A DNA stretch of 64,000 bases, taken from contig CAZWVL010000003.1 in NCBI GenBank assembly GCA_964637115.1, positions 77,758-141,757 on the forward strand, given 5' to 3'. Numbering within the stretch: position 1 is the stretch's first letter; every line of letters begins with the position of its first letter. This DNA is from an uncultured Methanosarcinales archaeon (lineage in GTDB: Archaea > Nanobdellota > Nanobdellia > Woesearchaeales > ARS49). This document shows, piece by piece, positions 62,578 to 64,000 of this stretch. Position numbers and translations under genes: made by a program. The notes under the pieces were generated by a model. It was not told the origin of the DNA, made no database searches, and saw only the letters and a list, made by a program, of their open reading frames with translations.

Positions 62578-63114
62578 TTATCTTTTGCGTTTCTTATGAG
62601 CAATACTTTCTGCCGTGTGCAGATGCATGCTGACCAAATACCATCTAGCGCGCAGAACTCTTAAAATACGCGCGAACACCCTGATAAATCTCCCTTCCTT
62701 GATAAGTCTCGCGCTGCGCTCAGCTTCCTGAATTATCTTTGTTTCTTTCAATAAAGCAGCCTCGTGCGCCAACTTCTGTGTTCGCTCTGTAGCGAGCACG
62801 ACTTCTGCAGTATAACTATACAAACGATACAACGTGTAGAAAGGAAAAACTGCCAGCAAGTCGATCCAATACAATTTGATGAATTTCAATGCGTCATGAA
62901 CATGATACCATTTGAATGCTAAATCGGCAATAAAAAAAGCTATGATGAAATAGTCAAGCCCAAGGACAAATCCGTGATGAGGGTCGATAAGCTCAGTGAA
63001 TTCAAGAACAATTAAAGCGCCCAGCAATACGAGCATAAAGGGAATTGAGACATCAACAAAATGCTCAACTGCAGCAAGCCAGCCAGGCAACGGCTTTCGA
63101 AACCTCTTTTTCAC
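62578..63114 (-). CDS. Voltage-sensor-domain-only membrane protein (S1-S4, no pore)
   Basis: S2 FIIAFFIADLAF, S3 WIDLLAVFPFY (classic Ion_trans S3 motif) and S4 RFIRVFARILRVLRARW. The ORF ends 20 aa after S4 and abuts the convergent AMP phosphorylase stop. Confidence 0.6.
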   Translation of the reverse strand: MKKRFRKPLPGWLAAVEHFVDVSIPFMLVLLGALIVLEFTELIDPHHGFVLGLDYFIIAFFIADLAFKWYHVHDALKFIKLYWIDLLAVFPFYTLYRLYSYTAEVVLATERTQKLAHEAALLKETKIIQEAERSARLIKEGRFIRVFARILRVLRARWYLVSMHLHTAESIAHKKRKR

Positions 63115-63187
63115 GTAATGCCTTTCGATAGCGTGTTATATAAATTTTGTCACAACATTCTTAAAGGAGCAGATTGCATCGAACTTC

Positions 63188-64000
63188 ATGGACGTTTACG
63201 AAAAATCAATAGACGCGCATAAGAAAAAAGGGAAAGTTGCAATCAAGTCAAAACTTCCTTTGAATAACAAAGATGACTTGAGCATTGCTTACACACCTGG
63301 CGTTGCAGCAGTGTGCAAGAAAATAGCAGCAGAGCCATCAGCAGTCTTTACTCACACAATCAAAGGAAACACCGTTGCAATAGTCAGCGACGGCAGCGCC
63401 ATTCTCGGCCTTGGCAACCTTGGTGCGGAAGCAGCCATTCCAGTAATGGAAGGCAAGGCAGTTTTATTCAAAAAATTCGCAAACATAGACGGATGGCCGA
63501 TATGTGTCAAGAGTCAGAAAGCAGAAGATATCATTCACACGGTCAAACAGATAGCTCCTGTGTTTGGCGCGATTAATCTTGAAGACATTGGCGCCCCAAA
63601 GTGTTTTGACATCGAGGCGGCATTGCAAGATATCGGCATTCCAGTAATGCATGACGACCAGCACGGAACTGCTGTAGTGCTGTTTGCAGGACTAATGAAT
63701 GCAGCAAAAGTGCTTGGCAAAGAAATGAAATCACTTTCTGTTGTCATTAATGGAGCAGGTGCCGCAGGAAATGCAATAGCAAAAATTCTTCACGGCAATG
63801 TCAAAGAAATCATCATGTGCGATACTTCCGGAGCAATTTATGACGGTAGAACAGAAAACATGAATTCGTACAAGCAGGAACTCGCGCGCATTACAAATTC
63901 GCGAAAAATAAAAGGCAACCTTGCAGAAGCAATCAAAGGAACAGATGTGTTTGTAGGAGTCAGCGCGGCAGGCGCGCTTACGCCAGAGATGATAAAAACG
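63188..64000 (+). CDS. NAD(P)-dependent malic enzyme, 3'-truncated by the window edge (not in the ORF track)
   Basis: My own translation from the ATG at 63188 is open to nt 64000. It contains YTPGVA, VSDGSAILGLGNLG, PVMEGKAVLFKKFA, INLEDI, HDDQHGTA and INGAGAAG. Confidence 0.9.
   Translation, partial: MDVYEKSIDAHKKKGKVAIKSKLPLNNKDDLSIAYTPGVAAVCKKIAAEPSAVFTHTIKGNTVAIVSDGSAILGLGNLGAEAAIPVMEGKAVLFKKFANIDGWPICVKSQKAEDIIHTVKQIAPVFGAINLEDIGAPKCFDIEAALQDIGIPVMHDDQHGTAVVLFAGLMNAAKVLGKEMKSLSVVINGAGAAGNAIAKILHGNVKEIIMCDTSGAIYDGRTENMNSYKQELARITNSRKIKGNLAEAIKGTDVFVGVSAAGALTPEMIKT

Overview
This 64-kb window looks archaeal and is densely coded. The evidence is TATA-like boxes about 25-30 nt upstream of genes and tRNAs, a tRNA with a short relaxed bulge-helix intron, a Nog1-type GTPase, an AMP phosphorylase, TrmB and Lrp regulators and an H+-PPase. 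The surface-protein load and odd tRNA features suggest a small-genome, possibly DPANN-like lineage, but I cannot confirm this without searches. Roughly the first 27 kb encodes exported or membrane proteins that I cannot assign to any named family. (i) A translationally coupled operon of at least 15 kb and seven genes (nt 2-15071) continues past the left edge. It contains a 2410-aa Cys-rich giant ORF, a 677-aa protein with a prepilin-like signal, and two apparently paralogous polytopic membrane proteins, each placed right after a large exported protein. This is my best candidate for an undescribed system, possibly an envelope or host-contact apparatus. (ii) Two coupled lipobox paralogs follow, one carrying CGNG..GEQCD Cys repeats and an NxT array. 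(iii) Three tandem paralogs encode mucin-like (TPTS)n stalk proteins with conserved tips, anchors and promoters. The rest is mostly housekeeping: a lipA/lplA-like/E1alpha/E1beta/E2 operon without E3, hppA, copA, a CaCA antiporter, Dus, malic enzyme and others. Notable oddities are a tRNA-Thr with non-canonical D/T loops preceded by a tRNA-like 5' half plus three perfect hairpins, a duplicated tRNA-Val 3' end, a G/S/Y low-complexity HExxH protein beside an NTase-HEPN fusion, a voltage-sensor-only protein, and a cluster of mini membrane peptides next to an HNH gene. All calls rest on motif reading by eye. No database search or folding was run.
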